From the NCBI GenBank assembly GCA_045046875.1, contig JASFYY010000002.1, positions 40,189-104,188 of the forward strand: DNA of 64,000 nt, read 5' to 3'. Shown here in pieces: positions 59,280 to 64,000 of the stretch. Position numbers and translations under genes: made by a program. The notes under the pieces are model-generated. The model was not told the origin of the DNA. It worked only from the letters and a program-made list of their open reading frames with translations, and ran no database searches. The DNA is from Verrucomicrobiota bacterium. Its GTDB lineage: Bacteria > Verrucomicrobiota > Verrucomicrobiia > Verrucomicrobiales > DEV007. The stretch's first letter is position 1. Each line of letters starts with the position of its first letter.

Positions 59280-60929
59280 ATGCAGACGATTGTTATTGGT
59301 CACAAAAATCCGGACATGGACTCTATTTGTGCGGCTTTGGCTTATGCCCATCTCAAACGTGAGACCGGCACTGACAATGTCGTGGCCGGTAGGGCGGGAA
59401 CCACCAATGCGCGCATCGATCATGTGTTGGAAAAATTTGAAGTGGAGCCGCCGTTGTTTTTCAGTGATCTTTCGCCGCGGGTGGGCGATGTGATGCAACG
59501 GGACGTGATTTCCGTGCCTCAGGTGACCTCTCTCTATGACGCTTTGGCTTTGATGGAAAGAGAACGCCTGCGTGCGTTGCCGCTGCTGGATGACAATCAG
59601 CGATTTTTGGGACTGCTTTCATATTATAAAATCAGTCATTATCTGTTCCCCCCACGTGAGGAGTCTGGGAGAGCGCGTGAGGTTCACGCTTCTTTGGAGT
59701 CGATTGTGCGTACGTTCCAAGGGCGTTCGCTGACGGGTGAGCTAGATACAGAAAGAGTGGATCTTAAGCTGATGGTGGGAGCTATGGGGCAAGCAGCATT
59801 TAATGAAAGACTGCAATCTTACCCTGCTGAGAGTCTGGTTGTATTTGTCGGTGATCGAACCAATATCCAGTGGAAGGCGATCAAACATGGCGTGCGCGCA
59901 GTGGTAGTGACAGGAGGTTTGTCTCCCGATGAAGACATGATCGACGACGCGATTCAAGCGGGGGTGAGTTTGATCAGTTCACCTTTTGATACGGCGTCAA
60001 CAGTGCTGTTGGCACGTGGAGGGGTGGATGCCGGTCTGATGATTGATACGGAATACACTACTTTTTTTCCGGAGACGACTTTGGCGGAAGCGAGAGAAAA
60101 AGTCAGGGATGTGAATGCGGCGGTTTTTCCGATTCTTGATACCGCAGGCGGTTTGGTTGGGGTGCTTTCGAAAAGTGATTTTATCAAACCGGTGCCGCGC
60201 CAATTGATATTGGTGGATCACAATGAATTGTCGCAGGCGGTCAAGGGAGCAGCGAAGGTGCCGATTGTTGAAATCCTGGATCATCACCGTTTGGGCGGTT
60301 TTCACAGCAGCACGCCGATTTTATTTTGGAACAACCCAGTGGGTTCGACTTCGACCATTGTTGCATTGGCTTATGAGCAGGCGGGAGTGGAAATTCCTCG
60401 TTCCATGGCCGGGTTGATGATGGCGGGTTTGTTGACGGATACACTGAATTTGACTTCGCCTACCACGACTAAAACGGATCGTGATATTATGCAAAAACTT
60501 GCTACCATCACCGGCGAAGATCCAGCTGAACTGGCAGCAGAGATTTTCTCTGTGGGTTCCCCTTTGTTAACCATGTCAGCAGAAGGTGCGATCACTGCAG
60601 ATTGCAAGGAGTATGAAGAAGATGGCGCGCGCTTTTCGGTAGCGCAGATTGAAGAGATTTCTTTTTCTCACTTGGCTGAAAAACAACAAGCTTTGTTGGC
60701 AACCTTGGATGAATATTGTAAGAAAAACGGTTATTTATTTTCTACTTTATTAGTTACCGACATCAATACCAAAACCTCCGTATTGCTGGCGAGTGGAGAT
60801 GAGGATTTTTTGAAAACCATCGATTACCCTGTTATAACCCAACAGGCTTGGCGGTTGAGCGGGGTGGTTTCACGCAAAAAACAACTGCTGCCGTACTTGT
60901 TGACTTGTATTGAGCGCATGCCGGCTTGA
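59280..60929 (+). CDS. ppaC: Mn-dependent inorganic pyrophosphatase with CBS-DRTGG-CBS insert (ORF track starts at 59229)
   Basis: GHKNPDMDSI, LVDHNE, DHH, VSRKKQ. Confidence 0.93.
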   Translation: MQTIVIGHKNPDMDSICAALAYAHLKRETGTDNVVAGRAGTTNARIDHVLEKFEVEPPLFFSDLSPRVGDVMQRDVISVPQVTSLYDALALMERERLRALPLLDDNQRFLGLLSYYKISHYLFPPREESGRAREVHASLESIVRTFQGRSLTGELDTERVDLKLMVGAMGQAAFNERLQSYPAESLVVFVGDRTNIQWKAIKHGVRAVVVTGGLSPDEDMIDDAIQAGVSLISSPFDTASTVLLARGGVDAGLMIDTEYTTFFPETTLAEAREKVRDVNAAVFPILDTAGGLVGVLSKSDFIKPVPRQLILVDHNELSQAVKGAAKVPIVEILDHHRLGGFHSSTPILFWNNPVGSTSTIVALAYEQAGVEIPRSMAGLMMAGLLTDTLNLTSPTTTKTDRDIMQKLATITGEDPAELAAEIFSVGSPLLTMSAEGAITADCKEYEEDGARFSVAQIEEISFSHLAEKQQALLATLDEYCKKNGYLFSTLLVTDINTKTSVLLASGDEDFLKTIDYPVITQQAWRLSGVVSRKKQLLPYLLTCIERMPA

Positions 60930-60966
60930 GCTTGACTTGTTAATCATTTCACCCTTGTTTGCGCTT

Positions 60967-62823
60967 ATGAAAATAGTGCTCGGATTTTTTGCGGTGATAT
61001 TCCTTTGTTTGGGTTTCCAGTTGCCCTTGTCTGCAGGAGGTCCGGATGTCGCCCATGTCATTGATGTAAAAATGCATCATATTCGAAATGTAGAACCACG
61101 GGAATGGTCGCATTTCCCAGACAAAGCTGAAGCCTCGAAATTAGTGGTGGATTTTGGTTTGGCGGGAGCAGAAAATTTCAAGTTGCTCACTTTAAGGCAA
61201 CAAGAAACCAAGTGGGTATGGACGCTTACTTTGAATGGGCAAAAAATCGGCAATTTGATTCGAGATCATAATCATTTGCAGCATGGCATTGAGATTCCTG
61301 AGAATTTGTTGAAAAATGCGGGCAACCAGTTGGTGATTGAAAGCAGTGCTCCAAAAGCGGATGACATATGGGTAGGTGATTTGGTTTTACATACTACTAT
61401 AGAAAACCAATATGAAGGTTCACCGGATGTCGAAGTTTTGGTTAAAAAAAGGGGTTACAGTTCGCCTAGCCCGGACTACGACGCTGAGTTGAGCCTAAGT
61501 TGTGTAGATGCGGATAGTGGCCATGCCATGCCATGCCGCTTCACTATAGTTGATGCTGAGACGGGAGCTTTAGCATTGTTAGGGGCGGAGTCCAACGATC
61601 AACAGGCAGTGCGAGCCGGGGTGATCTATTCTATCAACGGAAAGGCCAGCTTTAAAGTGGCTGGCAAACGTAAATACAAAATCTATGCCGGACGTGGGTT
61701 TGAATATGGACTCGCCACTGCTGAGGTGATGGCATCAAGTGCAAAAACGCAAGTGGTGGAGCTGAAAATCCGTCGTGAAGTGGAAACCCCCGGTTTAGTA
61801 GCTTGCGATACTCATTTGCATACTTTTGAGTTTGATCGTCACGGGGATTGTGATTTGAGTGAACGACTGATTAGTATTGCGGGTGAGGGCATCGAGTTGC
61901 CGGTATCGACTGGGCATGACAAACATATCGACTACCGTAGAGAGTCGGATCGTTTGGGAGTATCGCAATGGTTAACTCCAGTGCTAGGCTGTGAAGTTAC
62001 GACTCAGCAGGGGCATTTTAATGTTTTCCCAATCGCCAACGCAGAGGTGAAGCCAGCACAGCACAAAGGACTTGCCTGGCAGGACGTATTCAAAAATATT
62101 TACGCTACGGCGGATGTGAAGGTGTGCATTTTGAATCATGGCCGCGATTTGCATGGCAAATTGATTCCTTTGGGACCGAAGAATTTCGATGCAAAACGCG
62201 GCATTTTCCTGGACGGTCGTGAACTCAAGGCCAATGCGATGGAATTGATCAACTCTGGGGCGCACCTCAGTGATCCCATGCAGATCGTGTACGATTGGTT
62301 TGCGCTCACTCGCAGTGGGCATCGGTTGGCGGGTATTGGCAGCAGCGATAGTCACACCGTGAACTTTGCCATATCCGGGCAAGCGCGAACTTATGTGGAA
62401 TGCGTGGATAGCGATGCAAGCAAGATCGATGTGAATGCTGCGCTGGATTCGTTTCAGAATCAGCGAACATGGGTCAGTTTTGGTTTGCTGACGCGTTTGG
62501 AAAAGAGCGCGTCGGGCGGGATTAAAGTCAGCGTGTTGGGGCCGGATTGGACGCAGGCGAGTGATTTACGAATTTTTTGCAATGGTCAGGAAGTCAAAAA
62601 TATCACCATTCAAGAGTCGGCGGGCAGCAAAGCTGGTGAGAAATTGGCGATCGAATTCAGTTTGTCTGAGCTAGGGGCAAAAAGCGGTGATTTCCTTTGT
62701 GCAGTCGCCAGTGGGCCAGGGATCACTGGGGCGTGGTGGCCCGGAATGCAACCCTACCAACCAACATCAAAGGATTGGAAACCTTTTGTGATGGGCATCA
62801 GCCCTTTATTGTGGGTGAAATAA
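60967..62823 (+). CDS. Secreted CehA/McbA-family (PHP-like) metallohydrolase (ORF track starts at 60910)
   Basis: RGFEY, DTHLHT, TGHD, GCEVT..GHFN, NH, SSDSH, RTYV. Confidence 0.82.
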   Translation: MKIVLGFFAVIFLCLGFQLPLSAGGPDVAHVIDVKMHHIRNVEPREWSHFPDKAEASKLVVDFGLAGAENFKLLTLRQQETKWVWTLTLNGQKIGNLIRDHNHLQHGIEIPENLLKNAGNQLVIESSAPKADDIWVGDLVLHTTIENQYEGSPDVEVLVKKRGYSSPSPDYDAELSLSCVDADSGHAMPCRFTIVDAETGALALLGAESNDQQAVRAGVIYSINGKASFKVAGKRKYKIYAGRGFEYGLATAEVMASSAKTQVVELKIRREVETPGLVACDTHLHTFEFDRHGDCDLSERLISIAGEGIELPVSTGHDKHIDYRRESDRLGVSQWLTPVLGCEVTTQQGHFNVFPIANAEVKPAQHKGLAWQDVFKNIYATADVKVCILNHGRDLHGKLIPLGPKNFDAKRGIFLDGRELKANAMELINSGAHLSDPMQIVYDWFALTRSGHRLAGIGSSDSHTVNFAISGQARTYVECVDSDASKIDVNAALDSFQNQRTWVSFGLLTRLEKSASGGIKVSVLGPDWTQASDLRIFCNGQEVKNITIQESAGSKAGEKLAIEFSLSELGAKSGDFLCAVASGPGITGAWWPGMQPYQPTSKDWKPFVMGISPLLWVK

Positions 62824-62872
62824 TTCATCAATTTTTCACTCAAACTTCATCAAATGTTCATTTACGGCTGCC

Positions 62873-63187
62873 ATGGTCTGCAGTGTTATGAATGAACAAA
62901 ATAAAGAAAAATACAGTGCCAAAATCAGTCAGGTTATTATCAAGTGGGGTGGACCTATGGTTTCGCTTTTCAGTTACGGACTCATACTTGGGCTTGCAGG
63001 CTCAGGTTTGGCTCTGATGGCAGTCAGCATGCTTTTCGGCCTGCTGTTTGATTCGGGTTTTTTCAGTGGGTTCGGTTTCCTGAGCGGAGCAGTGATTTTT
63101 ACTGCGGGCGGGAGTTTGTTTCTTTGGAAAGCGATTCGTGAAATGGAGAGTTTATATCAGCGTTTGAAAAAATCGGAGGCTGCCTAG
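62873..63187 (+). CDS. Small membrane hypothetical protein
   Basis: 104-aa ORF with two Gly-rich hydrophobic segments. Confidence 0.55.
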   Translation: MVCSVMNEQNKEKYSAKISQVIIKWGGPMVSLFSYGLILGLAGSGLALMAVSMLFGLLFDSGFFSGFGFLSGAVIFTAGGSLFLWKAIREMESLYQRLKKSEAA

Positions 63188-63202
63188 ATCCAAATCGCAG
63201 CA

Positions 63203-63234
63203 TAGCGGTGTTGCAAATACCTGCGGCACCGCTA
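63203..63234. repeat. 13-bp stem hairpin (terminator or REP/transposon-end structure)
   Basis: TAGCGGTGTTGCA-AATACC-TGCGGCACCGCTA. Confidence 0.6.
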
Positions 63235-63361
63235 AATTTGTAAAATACAGTTAGAGAAGACTTCTCATGCAAAAAAGTTCTTGTGTTGGGCGGTTTGGGA
63301 AGATATGCTGGGGGTGGGGAATGACTTTGGCGCATTCAATTTATCTGAAGGGAGATTTGTT

Positions 63362-64000
63362 ATGAGTAAAATACGGGAGTTTTTGTTGGGGCCGGAGGGG
63401 CAGACGAATTATTATCATGTGGTGAGTCGGACGACGGGGAGGGATATCTTGTTTGAGGATGATGAGAAGGAAACTTTTCGAATTTTGATGCTTAAGCAGT
63501 TGAAATTCAGTGGGCTGCGGGCGCTGGCGTGGTGTTTCATGGGGAATCACTTTCATCTTTTGTTGGAGGTGCCGGATCGAGAGCTGGCGACGGAGGGGTG
63601 GACGGATGAGGATTATATCAAGCGACTGGAGGTGTTTAAGAATGAGTGGTCGAGTAAGTTGGTGTTGGATGAGGTGGAAATGTTTAGGGAGAACGGAGCG
63701 GATGAAAAGGTGAGCGAGATTGCGGAATCGGTGAAGGCGCGGTTGTTTGATCTGTCGATGTTTATGAAGGAGTTGAAGCTGAAAATGACATTGGCTTACA
63801 ACCGGAAACACGGCCGGGTGGGGACTCTGTGGGAGGGGCCGTTTAAGAGTGTGCTGTTGCAACCTCCTTCGGCATTCTCCTTCGCTAAATCTACGGCGAA
63901 CAAGGGGCTTCGGCGGTCAGGAGAGCCGGATGGTGAGCGTGGAGAGAGCAGCGATGCGTTACGGATGGTGGCGGCTTATATTGATCTAAATCCGGTGCGT
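63362..64000 (+). mobile_element. HUH Y1 transposase (IS200/REP-associated RAYT-like), truncated by the window end
   Basis: Manual translation, open for 213 codons: YYHVVSR, WCFMGNHFHLLL (HUH), YNRKHGRVGTLWEGPFKS, AYIDLNPVR (catalytic Tyr). Not in the ORF track. Confidence 0.92.

Noticed and set aside
315..62891. Many 60-210 aa ORFs overlapping the called genes (e.g. 7925-8521, 29707-30207, 31483-32115, 49578-50093)
   Set aside because: Antisense or alternate-frame shadows of well-supported genes, with no motifs of their own.
63341..63862. 173-aa - strand ORF and 67-aa + ORF (63510-63713)
   Set aside because: Shadows of the Y1 transposase frame starting at 63362.

Overview
Bacterial chromosomal DNA, probably Verrucomicrobiota/PVC (inferred from gene content: sulfatases, H-X9-DG prepilin-like protein, AURKAIP1/COX24-type small protein, Y1 transposase style). 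The window very likely spans the replication origin. The + strand changes from C-rich to G-rich between rnc and the sulfatase at about 12.8-13.1 kb, exactly where DnaA-box-like 9-mers and an AT-rich tract lie. Two parS palindromes follow, one of them inside mnmG, and no dnaA gene is present. Most of the window is housekeeping (tRNA-His, rnc, mnmG, ribD, recA, carB, mlaEFD, clpP, tig, ispD, tkt, hisG, trpS, mutS, recG, recQ, ppaC). Accessory content: an ArsR-TolC-RND efflux unit, two sulfatases, an ICMT-methyltransferase/rhodanese fusion next to a signal-peptide methyltransferase, a madL-madM-malonyl-CoA synthetase cassette with inverted skew, a beta-helix/polysaccharide deacetylase fusion, and a truncated HUH (Y1/RAYT-like) transposase carrying an in-frame nested palindromic insertion. 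Three CDS missing from the ORF track were added (ArsR fragment, 34-aa basic protein, transposase). All calls are from motif recognition by eye; no database search was run.
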